Of a stretch of DNA of 64,000 nucleotides, positions 28,732-37,672 are shown one piece after another (the stretch's first letter is position 1; every line of letters starts with the position of its first letter). A program made the translations under genes and the position numbers. The DNA comes from a virus (Duplodnaviria > Caudoviricetes). Below the pieces are notes generated by a model. It saw nothing but the letters and a program-made list of their open reading frames with translations, had not been told where the DNA came from and searched no databases. Where the stretch lies: IMG/VR virus record IMGVR_UViG_3300032312_001958, one strand, 5' to 3'.

Positions 28732-30549
28732 ATGGCAGAAAAAAATTTTACAGTTTGGCAAAGATTAACTCAGGCTTTTGGTCCAAATTCTTTATTGAAT
28801 CAAGATTATCCTAGTTTAAAATTTGACAAAAAAGAACTTCTAAAAACAACTTCAAAAAGAGAGTATGAAAAAGAGTTGTTACAAGCTCAACAAACTTTTT
28901 ATCTTTCGAATCAATGGACTAAAATTGAAAATAATTTATATACTCAAGCAACATATTATGAGCCAACAAGATTGTCGGCCTTTTATGATTATGAGTCTAT
29001 GGAATTTACTCCTGAAATATCAGCTGCATTAGATATCTACGCTGAGGAGTCAACAACTGTAAATGAGGATGGTTTTATGTTACAAATTTATTCTGAATCA
29101 AACAGAATTAAATCAATATTGGCCGATTTGTTTAATAATATTTTAGATATCAATACAAACTTACCGATGTGGACAAGAAACACATGTAAGTATGGTGATA
29201 ACTTTGTATATATCAAATTAGACCCAGAAAAAGGTGTAATTGGTTGTATGCAATTACCAATCGTTGAAATCGAAAGATTAGAAAGAGGTATGACGGCTAA
29301 AGGTAAATCAATTGACGAGGACCCAACTAAAAAGCATTTGAAATTTACATGGAAAAATAAAGACATGGAATTCAATACATGGGAAATTGCTCATTTTAGA
29401 TTATTGGGCGATGACAGAAGATTACCTTATGGTACATCCATGTTAGAAAAAGCTCGTCGTATTTGGAAACAATTATTGTTATCTGAGGACGCTATGTTAA
29501 TTTATAGAACTTCAAGAGCACCTGAAAGACGTGTGTTTAAAGTATTTGTTGGAAACATGGATGATAAAGACGTTGAACCATATATCCAAAGAGTTGCAAA
29601 TAAGTTTAAAAGAGACCAAGTTGTTGATTCTAAAACAGGTAATGTTGATATGAGATTTAATCAAATGGCGGTTGACCAAGATTATTTTATTCCTGTTAGA
29701 GACCCCGCAGCTGCCAATCCAATTGAGACTTTACCAGGGGCTCAAAACCTTTCTGAAATTGCAGATATCGAATACATTCAAAAGAAATTATTAACTGCGT
29801 TACGTGTACCTAAAGCTTTCTTAGGATTTGAGGAAGTTGTGGGTGATGGTAAAAACTTGGCATTACAAGATATTCGTTTTGCAAGAACAATCAACAGAAT
29901 CCAAAAGAGTATGTTGCAAGAACTTAACAAAATTTGTATTATTCACTTGTTTATGTTAGGGTTTGAGGACGAATTATCCAATTTTAGGTTATCGTTAACA
30001 AACCCATCCAAACAGGCCGACTTGTTAATGGTAGATATTTGGAAAGAAAAAATACTTCTTTACAAAGATATGGTTGCAGACCCTGGTTCAGGAATTGCCG
30101 CAGTATCACAGTCTTGGGCTAAAAAACATATACTTGGATTTTCTGACGAAGAAATCAAACTTGACATCCAACAACAACGTATTGAAAAGGCGGTTGGTGA
30201 AGAGCTTAAGAAAACTGCTGAAGTTATTGTTAAAACAGGTTTATTTGATAATATTGATAAACTATACGGTAAAAAAGAAGGTGAACCTGCAGGGGCTCCA
30301 TCTACACCGTCTGAGGGTGGAGCACCTTCAGATATTGGAGGAGGGGGACCAATTGGAGGAGAAACCCCACCACCACCACCCCCACCTGGAGGAGAATCTC
30401 CCCCAACGGTACCTGAAAATTTAAATCCTAATAATAAAGATTTAATTCTTGAAAAAATTCTTAGAGATGATGATGAGTTTGTGGACTTTGAAAAAAACAA
30501 AGATTCTATGAAAGAAATAAATGACACTTTGGAAAGATTACTAAAGTAA
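28732..30549 (+). CDS. Portal protein (T4 gp20-like)
   Basis: PEISAALDI, EDAMLIYRTSRAPERRVFKV.VGNM, DYFIPVR, IETLPG.QNL..I.DI.Y.QKKL..ALRVP. Confidence 0.95.
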   Translation: MAEKNFTVWQRLTQAFGPNSLLNQDYPSLKFDKKELLKTTSKREYEKELLQAQQTFYLSNQWTKIENNLYTQATYYEPTRLSAFYDYESMEFTPEISAALDIYAEESTTVNEDGFMLQIYSESNRIKSILADLFNNILDINTNLPMWTRNTCKYGDNFVYIKLDPEKGVIGCMQLPIVEIERLERGMTAKGKSIDEDPTKKHLKFTWKNKDMEFNTWEIAHFRLLGDDRRLPYGTSMLEKARRIWKQLLLSEDAMLIYRTSRAPERRVFKVFVGNMDDKDVEPYIQRVANKFKRDQVVDSKTGNVDMRFNQMAVDQDYFIPVRDPAAANPIETLPGAQNLSEIADIEYIQKKLLTALRVPKAFLGFEEVVGDGKNLALQDIRFARTINRIQKSMLQELNKICIIHLFMLGFEDELSNFRLSLTNPSKQADLLMVDIWKEKILLYKDMVADPGSGIAAVSQSWAKKHILGFSDEEIKLDIQQQRIEKAVGEELKKTAEVIVKTGLFDNIDKLYGKKEGEPAGAPSTPSEGGAPSDIGGGGPIGGETPPPPPPPGGESPPTVPENLNPNNKDLILEKILRDDDEFVDFEKNKDSMKEINDTLERLLK

Positions 30550-30563
30550 TAATATTTATAGTT

Positions 30564-31280
30564 ATGAAATTTGGACTTTATAAAACGGCAATAGAAAAAA
30601 AATTAGTTAACTCATTTGTTAGTGAGAATTTAACTAAAGACATGAAACAATTCAAAGATTTAGTTTTGAATTCTGAAGAAACTAAAACTTTATTTTTTAT
30701 TTATGATAAATTAAATGAAAATTTAGGTTTAGATAAAGACAGTGCTAATATTCTTGTTGATGAAGTTATCAAAGAAACTAAAGACATCATTATTCCAAAT
30801 AATCATTTAGAAAAATTAAATAAATGGTTAAATAATGAATTATCTGAGTCAGAATATTCTCACATAGATAAAATTTTAAACACAAATATTAATAAAATTG
30901 AAGATAGGATTGAAAGTAGAAAAATTGTTGTTGAAAATCTAATGAAAGAAAAACAAACAAAAAAAACTACTCCTAAATTACCTATATCATCTTTAAAGAA
31001 AATTGCAAACTCAGTAGCTTCAAAATATCTATCTAACTTAGACGAATCAACTCAAAAAGAAGTTATCTCATTACTTAAAGAAAATGAAGACGTTTTAAAA
31101 ATTAAATTTAATGAGGAAAAAGAACAAGTCATATCTAAATTAAATTCCCTTATTGAGTCAGAAACAGAAGAAGAGACTAAGAAAAAAATAAATGAGACTA
31201 AAGAAAAAGTCACATCTACAATTTTTTCAGTTAACGAATTAATTAAAATTAAAGAACTAAATTCACATTTGGTTCTCTAA
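30564..31280 (+). CDS. Conserved helical hypothetical protein of the head cluster
   Basis: 238 aa; TATTTAT 4 nt upstream. Confidence 0.7.
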   Translation: MKFGLYKTAIEKKLVNSFVSENLTKDMKQFKDLVLNSEETKTLFFIYDKLNENLGLDKDSANILVDEVIKETKDIIIPNNHLEKLNKWLNNELSESEYSHIDKILNTNINKIEDRIESRKIVVENLMKEKQTKKTTPKLPISSLKKIANSVASKYLSNLDESTQKEVISLLKENEDVLKIKFNEEKEQVISKLNSLIESETEEETKKKINETKEKVTSTIFSVNELIKIKELNSHLVL

Positions 31281-31451
31281 TTTTGATTGTAAGTAAATAG
31301 CCTTTCTTTTTTCCTCTCTTTTAATTGTACTTTTCTTAGCAAAATACTTTCTTTTAGTTAATTCTTTAACTTGTTTAACTTTGATAACTTTACTTTTAAG
31401 TTCTTTCAAAGCCTTTTCAATGTTTTGATTTTTTACTTTTACAATTAGCAT
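31263..31451 (-). CDS. rpsU: Ribosomal protein bS21
   Basis: MLIVKVKNQNIEKALKELKSKV....VKEL..RKYF.KKS..KR matches the bS21 pattern; TTTG-N20-TATTTTTG promoter at 31465-31496. Confidence 0.9.
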   Translation of the reverse strand: MLIVKVKNQNIEKALKELKSKVIKVKQVKELTKRKYFAKKSTIKREEKRKAIYLQSKLENQM

Positions 31452-31522
31452 TTTTTCTTTTTGACAAAAATATTAAAGTTTATTATATTTTCCAAAAATA
31501 AACGTATGAATTATGAACACAA

Positions 31523-31981
31523 ATGAAGAAGGGAAAATCGGTATCTGTCAAAGGGTACAAAAAATTCAAGGCAAATTATGGAACAGTAGATTCTAAAAAT
31601 TTAAAATCTTTTTATATAAATATACAATCATGGTTAACTCCAAAGAAAGATGAGGAAAATTGGGAAAGAATTGTTATGAATTTTAACAGGTCAATTAGAC
31701 ACACAATTTATGAAATACTAAATTTTGAGTTTATTGATACTAATTTTATAGTTGATACGGATTTAAGAAGTAGTGGACTTTCAGTCAATAAAAGTTCTTT
31801 TATGAACTTAGAAATAACTTTCTATATTAAAAATATAAATGATTTTAAATCTCCAATAATTAAAGATTTTGTTAAAACAATTATTGATTTAATTGATTCG
31901 GAAAATTTTAAAAACAACAAAAATTTTGTTTTTAACTTAACTAAAACAAACAAAACAAAAGTGAATAATATTTATTTATAA
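31523..31981 (+). CDS. Conserved hypothetical protein
   Basis: 152-aa ORF between bS21 and the protease. Confidence 0.7.
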   Translation: MKKGKSVSVKGYKKFKANYGTVDSKNLKSFYINIQSWLTPKKDEENWERIVMNFNRSIRHTIYEILNFEFIDTNFIVDTDLRSSGLSVNKSSFMNLEITFYIKNINDFKSPIIKDFVKTIIDLIDSENFKNNKNFVFNLTKTNKTKVNNIYL

Positions 31982-31989
31982 AATTCACA

Positions 31990-32709
31990 ATGCAAGATTT
32001 GAAAATTTTAGGTCCAAAAGATTCAGGTAAAGGAATACTGATAGAAATGGATGCGGGATATATCTCACCGACAGAGTCTCGTAACTTGGCGGTAATACAA
32101 GAAAGTAAATTGGCTTTAGACTATTCAAAACCTTTTGAGTTCTATGCTGTTTTACAAAAATATAATACACCAAACAGAAATGGTAGAATTTATCCTGAAA
32201 AAATATTAAAAAGAGAAGTTGAAAATTATAAAAAAAATTATATATCAAAAGGAACCGCTCTTTCGGAATTAAACCATCCTGAATCATCATTAATCGATTT
32301 AGATAGAGTTTCTCATATTATCACTGAAATGTGGTGGGATGGACATATACTACTTGGTAAATTAAAACTTTTAACATCCCCTGGATTTCACGAAAGAGGA
32401 ATTGTGTCAACAAAGGGTGACCAAGCGGCCAATCTTTTAAGACAAGGAGTTACATTAGGAATATCATCAAGAGGTGTCGGTTCATTAGTTAAAAAAGGTG
32501 AACAGAATGAAGTACAAGAAGATTTTGAATTAATTTGTTTTGATTTAGTTTCATCACCATCTACTCCAGGAGCATATCTTTTCCAAGACATGGCTGATAA
32601 ACACAAGTACGAAGAAAATTTACAAGAAGAACAATTACAAAAAGCTGAAAGGTCAACAACAAAATCACTTGATTTAATGAAAAAACTTAACGATTATTTA
32701 TCAAAATAA
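31990..32709 (+). CDS. Prohead core protease (T4 gp21-like)
   Basis: NRNGRIYP, ELNHP...IDLDRVSH, LGISSRGVGS, DLVSSPSTPGA. Confidence 0.95.
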   Translation: MQDLKILGPKDSGKGILIEMDAGYISPTESRNLAVIQESKLALDYSKPFEFYAVLQKYNTPNRNGRIYPEKILKREVENYKKNYISKGTALSELNHPESSLIDLDRVSHIITEMWWDGHILLGKLKLLTSPGFHERGIVSTKGDQAANLLRQGVTLGISSRGVGSLVKKGEQNEVQEDFELICFDLVSSPSTPGAYLFQDMADKHKYEENLQEEQLQKAERSTTKSLDLMKKLNDYLSK

Positions 32710-32715
32710 TTTATT

Positions 32716-32931
32716 ATGGAAATGGACGAAAAATATTTTGTTGCAAAAATTCAGTACGATTTACCCGATGAAAATTCAGGTAAAATAAAAAAAGTAAGAG
32801 AAGAGAAATTAGTTAAAGGTTACAACGTCACAGATGTTGAGGCTAAAGTTACTAAAGCTTATGAATCATTCTCTTATGATTGGAGAATTACATCAGTCGC
32901 TGAAAGTAAGATTGATGAAATTTTCGAATAA
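32716..32931 (+). CDS. DUF4494-like protein
   Basis: YF.AKIQY....GK.KKV.E..LV.....T..EAKV ... I..V.ESKI.E. Confidence 0.6.
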   Translation: MEMDEKYFVAKIQYDLPDENSGKIKKVREEKLVKGYNVTDVEAKVTKAYESFSYDWRITSVAESKIDEIFE

Positions 32932-32952
32932 GTATTAATTTTTAAAGTTTAC

Positions 32953-32978
32953 AAAAAGGAGGGGAAACCCTCCTTTTT
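32953..32978 (+). terminator. Intrinsic terminator
   Basis: aaaaaggaggg-GAAA-ccctccttttt. Confidence 0.85.
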
Positions 32979-33034
32979 TATTTTATTTACATAATGTTGT
33001 GAATTTTTCTAAAGTGCCGAATATTTATCAAAAA

Positions 33035-34618
33035 ATGCAAAAAATGGCAGAAAATAAAAACTTAGTTGAAGAAGCGGTAATCCAATTAAAAAATTTGGAA
33101 GAAGCTATCAATGAAAACGCAAAAGAAATACTTGAGTCAACAATGAAGCAAGAAATTAGCGAGCTAGTAAAGGAGTCTTTAAAAGAGGCTGACGAAGAGG
33201 AAACTGAAGATTTTGAAGAAGAGGATTTCGAAGAATCCGAAGAATCAGAAGAAGAATCTGATGAATTTGAAATGGATGATGAAGAAGATTCTGAAGAAGA
33301 ATTTGATGAGTTTGAAATGGAAGATGAAGAAGATTTTGAAGATGAAATGGGACAAGATGATGAAGTTATTGACTTCACACAAATGCCTGATTCTGAAGAA
33401 ACTCAAGATTTATTATTAACAGTTTTCAAAAAAATGAAACCAGAAGATGAGGTTGAAATCCAAAAAGACGGGGAGTACGCACATTTGAAAGACGGTGACG
33501 ATGAGTACCTTATTTCAATGAACGAATCTCGTGAAGAAGAAGACGATGATGACGATGAAGAATTCGAATCAGAGTTGGAAGAAACTATCTATGAAATTTC
33601 TATGGACGACGAAACAGGCGAAATGGAAGAACAATGGCAAGCTTTGGCGGCTGATATGGCAATTGCCGCAGCACCAGTCATCGCTGACAAAATGTTTGGA
33701 GACGATGAAGAAGAATTGGAAGAAACTATTTATGAACTTCACATGGATGATGAAGATGATGAACTTCCTTCTCCTCCAAAAGAAGAAAGACCTGGTGGAA
33801 TGTTCTATGAAAGAGACATGGATTTTGAGTATGAGGAAGAAGAAGAAGACGACGACGAATACGGAGAATTACCTATGGACGATTTAGAAGAAATGGATTA
33901 TCAATCTGAAGAATATACAGAAGAAATGATGCATGAAACTACTAAACCAAAAGTTGGTAAGGGTGGTAAAATCGGAAAACCAAAATTCTCTTACAAGAAA
34001 ACTGCTGGTGGATTTAAAGAAAAAATGAAAGCCGCTAATCCTACAAAAGGTACAGGTAAACCAAAGTTTGAATACAAAGAATCAACTGGAAAGATGAAGA
34101 AAGGTGAATTTAAAGAAGCTTCTCGTACATTAGGTTCAGGTTCAAAATTCAGAAAAGGTGGTCTACCAAAACCAAAAGCTCATTCAGCATTCAATATTAA
34201 TATTGAAGAACATTATTCTTTGATGGAAGAAGTAGAAATGTTGAGAACTAAAAATGAAGAGTACAGAAAAGCTTTGAATATTTTCAGAGACAAACTTAAC
34301 GAAGTTGCTGTGTTCAATTCAAATTTAGCCTACACTACAAGATTATTTACTGAACACACAACATCAAAACAAGAAAAAATAAATGTTTTGAGAAGATTTG
34401 ATTCTGTGGAAACACTTAAAGAATCTAAAAATCTATACAAAACTATTAAGGACGAATTATCATCAACTACTAAAGGAAAAATAACTGAGTCAATAGAAAA
34501 AGTTATGGACAACGAACCAGTAATTACAGGGTCGGCTCAAAACTTAATTGAATCTAAGACTTACGAAAATCCTCAGTTTATGAGAATGAAAGACTTAATG
34601 ACAAAAATAATAAAATAA
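33035..34618 (+). CDS. Prohead core scaffolding protein (T4 gp22-like)
   Basis: Very acidic, coiled-coil ends, between protease and MCP; ATG 33035 (or 33044) follows TATTTAT. Confidence 0.85.
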   Translation: MQKMAENKNLVEEAVIQLKNLEEAINENAKEILESTMKQEISELVKESLKEADEEETEDFEEEDFEESEESEEESDEFEMDDEEDSEEEFDEFEMEDEEDFEDEMGQDDEVIDFTQMPDSEETQDLLLTVFKKMKPEDEVEIQKDGEYAHLKDGDDEYLISMNESREEEDDDDDEEFESELEETIYEISMDDETGEMEEQWQALAADMAIAAAPVIADKMFGDDEEELEETIYELHMDDEDDELPSPPKEERPGGMFYERDMDFEYEEEEEDDDEYGELPMDDLEEMDYQSEEYTEEMMHETTKPKVGKGGKIGKPKFSYKKTAGGFKEKMKAANPTKGTGKPKFEYKESTGKMKKGEFKEASRTLGSGSKFRKGGLPKPKAHSAFNINIEEHYSLMEEVEMLRTKNEEYRKALNIFRDKLNEVAVFNSNLAYTTRLFTEHTTSKQEKINVLRRFDSVETLKESKNLYKTIKDELSSTTKGKITESIEKVMDNEPVITGSAQNLIESKTYENPQFMRMKDLMTKIIK

Positions 34619-34644
34619 ACAATTAATAAAAAACCAAAAATAAA

Positions 34645-36474
34645 ATGGGAGCATTATTAGAATCAGGTCTTGTTGGTAACATCGGTCTTAAGCACCTTAA
34701 AGTTATCAAAGAAGATACTATTAACAAATGGGACAAATTAGGGTTCCTTGAAGGTCTTCGTGGCCACCTAAAAGAAAACGTAGCGCAATTATATGAGAAC
34801 CAAGCGTCTCAATTAATTAACGAAGCTACTGCAGACGGAGCATCAGGTTCTTTTGAAACTGTTGTATTCCCGATTATCAGACGTGTATTCTCTAAATTAT
34901 TAGCGAATGAAATCGTTTCTGTACAAGCTATGAACTTACCAATCGGTAAATTATTCTACTTTGTACCTAAAATCCAAGGATATACAGGTGGTACAGCTAA
35001 CCAATCAGGTGAGCACTATGCACCTGTAGGAGCACCTGGTAACTACCCTGGTGACCCAAATGCGGGATACACAGGAGCAAATGCTTACGCTAAAAACCTT
35101 TACGATTTATTCTACGAAGGTAATGAAGCGGCTCTTGACCCACCTGGATTATTTGACTATTCAAAAGGTCGTTGGACAGCGATTACTGCAACTACTGCGG
35201 TTCAAGTTTGGTCTAACGGAGCTTTAACTGATTCAGCTATTGTTGCTGGTGAAAACAGAAGAGTTATCTTAAAAATTACAGGTTTCCAAATGAGTGGTGT
35301 TGGTAAATTAATCGCTCCTGATGGCTCTGAAGTTGATTCTGAGACATTCTTGTCTGATTTAAGAATTTTCCCAAGAGGATTAAACACTGCAGGTTCAAAT
35401 GGTTTATCTGCGTCTACAAACTGTGCAATTACTAACGCTACTACACCATTGTTGTTTAGATTAGTAACTCAACAATATGGTAAAGGTATTGTTAGCCCAA
35501 CTTCTACATTACAAGGAACTACATGGCCTTCAAACGGTGGTGGTTCTTATGACAACATTTGTGACCAAACAGGTGCTATGTTTATTGAAGTTGACTTACA
35601 GTGTCCAGTATGTGTAAACTGTGGTCAAACAACTCCTGATGGATATTCAGGTACTACTTTATTCTCAGGAAGTTCAGGTTCTTCATTCTTGTCTATCTAT
35701 AGAAGATATGAAGAGTTAGAATTTGAAGACAAAATTGGTGAAGTTTCTTTTGATTTAGAATCTGTAACAGTTTCTGTAACTGAAAGAAAGTTAAGAGCAC
35801 AATGGTCTCCTGAATTAGCTCAAGACGTTGCGGCATTCCACAACATCGACGCTGAGGCGGAATTAACAGCATTGTTATCTGAACAAGTTGCGGCTGAAAT
35901 TGACCGTGAAATCTTACGTGATTTACGTAAAGGTGCGGCTTGGAACTTACGTTGGGATTACAATGGATGGAGAAGAATTGCTAACACAACTTCTTACACT
36001 CAAAAGGATTGGAATCAAACATTGATTACTGCAATTAACCAATTGTCGGCTCAAATTCACAAGTCAACACTTCGTGGTGGAGCTAACTGGATTGTAGTTT
36101 CTTCTGAAGTTTCAGCAATTTTTGATGACTTGGAATACTTCCACGTATCAAATGCGTCTCCTGAACAAGACCAATACAACATGGGTATTGAAAGAGTAGG
36201 TACTTTAGCTGGTCGTTACCAAGTTTATCGTGACCCATACTTCCCAGCAAACCAAGTGTTGATTGGACATAAAGGTACATCTTTATTGGATACTGGATAC
36301 ATCTACGCTCCATACGTACCACTTCAGTTGACTCCAACTATGTACAACCCATTCAACTTCACACCTATCAAAGGTATCATGACACGTTACGCTAAGAAGA
36401 TGGTTAACAACCGTTTCTACGGACGTATTACAGTTGACGGTGTACGTACATTCGACTTACAAGAACTTAGATAA
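34645..36474 (+). CDS. Major capsid protein (T4 gp23-like)
   Basis: PIIRRV...LANEIVSVQAM..P.G, RKLRAQWSPELAQD..AFH.IDAEAEL, G.IYAPYVPL, F.P.KG.MTRYA. Confidence 0.97.
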   Translation: MGALLESGLVGNIGLKHLKVIKEDTINKWDKLGFLEGLRGHLKENVAQLYENQASQLINEATADGASGSFETVVFPIIRRVFSKLLANEIVSVQAMNLPIGKLFYFVPKIQGYTGGTANQSGEHYAPVGAPGNYPGDPNAGYTGANAYAKNLYDLFYEGNEAALDPPGLFDYSKGRWTAITATTAVQVWSNGALTDSAIVAGENRRVILKITGFQMSGVGKLIAPDGSEVDSETFLSDLRIFPRGLNTAGSNGLSASTNCAITNATTPLLFRLVTQQYGKGIVSPTSTLQGTTWPSNGGGSYDNICDQTGAMFIEVDLQCPVCVNCGQTTPDGYSGTTLFSGSSGSSFLSIYRRYEELEFEDKIGEVSFDLESVTVSVTERKLRAQWSPELAQDVAAFHNIDAEAELTALLSEQVAAEIDREILRDLRKGAAWNLRWDYNGWRRIANTTSYTQKDWNQTLITAINQLSAQIHKSTLRGGANWIVVSSEVSAIFDDLEYFHVSNASPEQDQYNMGIERVGTLAGRYQVYRDPYFPANQVLIGHKGTSLLDTGYIYAPYVPLQLTPTMYNPFNFTPIKGIMTRYAKKMVNNRFYGRITVDGVRTFDLQELR

Positions 36475-36493
36475 TCTTATCTAATGTGAATAT

Positions 36494-36522
36494 AAAAAGG
36501 TCAGATTTCTCTGACCTTTTTT
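36494..36522 (+). terminator. Terminator after MCP
   Basis: aaaaaggtcaga-tttc-tctgacctttttt. Confidence 0.85.
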
Positions 36523-36549
36523 ATTATACAAAATTTTATAAACGGACAT

Positions 36550-36571
36550 AAAAAAAGGGACAAAGTCCCTT
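36550..36571 (-). terminator. Terminator after the lysozyme gene
   Basis: aagggac-aaa-gtccctt with an A-run, giving a U-tract on the minus strand. Confidence 0.75.
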
Positions 36572-36592
36572 AAATTTTATTAATTAATTATT

Positions 36593-37351
36593 TTAAGATA
36601 AACTGTTCATAATGTTTTCAATTTTAGAAGCACTTCCTGAAACCGCACTATTTCTTCTGGATTGAATTGCCACTTTTTTAAGTTCAGATATGGATGTATT
36701 ACCTTTTGCCACTTCCTCATTAATCTCATTTGCAAATTTTTGAAAGAATCCTGAGCCGTTCCAAGACGCATATATAAAATGAAATAATAATGAATTACTT
36801 TTCATAACAATATTTTTAGCCTCCGGAGATAAGTATTTATCTGCAAGTTTGTTAAAATGAGGTTCCATAATTTTAACTACTAAATCTATTAATCTTTGTT
36901 CTAAATTACCCCCTCTGTAATAACGTTTCCAAACTCTTCTATCTTTATTTTTATCTATTAAATTCCAAAATTCAATACCAGAATTACTGGTATTTAATGT
37001 TCCTCCGTGTTTCCTATCAATTCCAAACATAGTTTCACCTGAGTCACCCATTCCTGACGATTTGTGCCATTGTGGGTTAAAGTACCCACCTTCTAATTTA
37101 TTAATAACTAATTCAGTCATTTTTTTAAAATCACCTGATATAGTTCCAAATGAATTATCTGAACCATTATTGGTAAATGTGTCAGAAGAATTATCCCCAT
37201 CTTTTTTTGCAAATCTACCCCCAATTCTTTTCTTTACTCTATCAAGCATTGCTTGTATGAACGAGTCACCAACAATGTTACTATCATTTTGTTCAGTGAT
37301 ATTATAATTGACAATTTTTTTTAATTGTTCTTCTGTGACTTTAATTTTCAT
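36593..37351 (-). CDS. Tagged lysozyme-fold peptidoglycan hydrolase (GH108-like)
   Basis: VINKLEGGY....GETMFGID; N-term MKIKVTEEQLKKIV..ITEQ. Confidence 0.65.
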   Translation of the reverse strand: MKIKVTEEQLKKIVNYNITEQNDSNIVGDSFIQAMLDRVKKRIGGRFAKKDGDNSSDTFTNNGSDNSFGTISGDFKKMTELVINKLEGGYFNPQWHKSSGMGDSGETMFGIDRKHGGTLNTSNSGIEFWNLIDKNKDRRVWKRYYRGGNLEQRLIDLVVKIMEPHFNKLADKYLSPEAKNIVMKSNSLLFHFIYASWNGSGFFQKFANEINEEVAKGNTSISELKKVAIQSRRNSAVSGSASKIENIMNSLS

Positions 37352-37418
37352 ATCTTATCTCCAAATTTTTCATAGAAATATCATTTTTTTCAGATTCTGA
37401 AATAATTAACTTTTCCAT
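37341..37418 (-). pseudogene. Tag-only mini-ORF, probable internal-deletion remnant of a tagged gene
   Basis: MEKLIISESEKNDISMKNLEIRYEN*; TATTTAT 5 nt upstream; another frame reads FYEKFGDKI* ending in an ATGA overlap with the lysozyme start. Confidence 0.55.
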
Positions 37419-37421
37419 TAT

Positions 37422-37634
37422 TTATAAATATCTAATAAGTACAGAAATAAATTCCGACTCTGATAAATTATAAATACCTTGTTTGTAGGAATAATTTAGT
37501 ATACGTTTAACTAAATCTTTTTTTTGAGAATCAGTTAAGTTCCGAATTAAAGGAGATAAATCTTCATTTGGATTATAATTTATTGTATCAAAAATTGTTT
37601 GATTTGATGTGTTTTCTTCATGAGTATTATCCAT
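37422..37634 (-). CDS. Small hypothetical protein
   Basis: ATG 37634 downstream of a palindromic promoter element. Confidence 0.6.
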   Translation of the reverse strand: MDNTHEENTSNQTIFDTINYNPNEDLSPLIRNLTDSQKKDLVKRILNYSYKQGIYNLSESEFISVLIRYL

Positions 37635-37642
37635 ATATGATA

Positions 37643-37656
37643 TATTTATATAAATA
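37643..37656. promoter_or_regulatory. Bidirectional putative late promoter TATTTATATAAATA
   Basis: Perfect palindrome between divergent genes 37634(-) and 37673(+). Confidence 0.65.
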
Positions 37657-37672
37657 GTAATATTACTTAACA

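Noticed and set aside
33028-33887. Ser-rich antisense and Met/Lys-rich alternate-frame ORFs in the scaffold gene (likewise 12135-12485, 21834-22028, 30060-30527)
   Set aside because: Shadows of low-complexity codon runs (mostly GAA/GAT) in real genes
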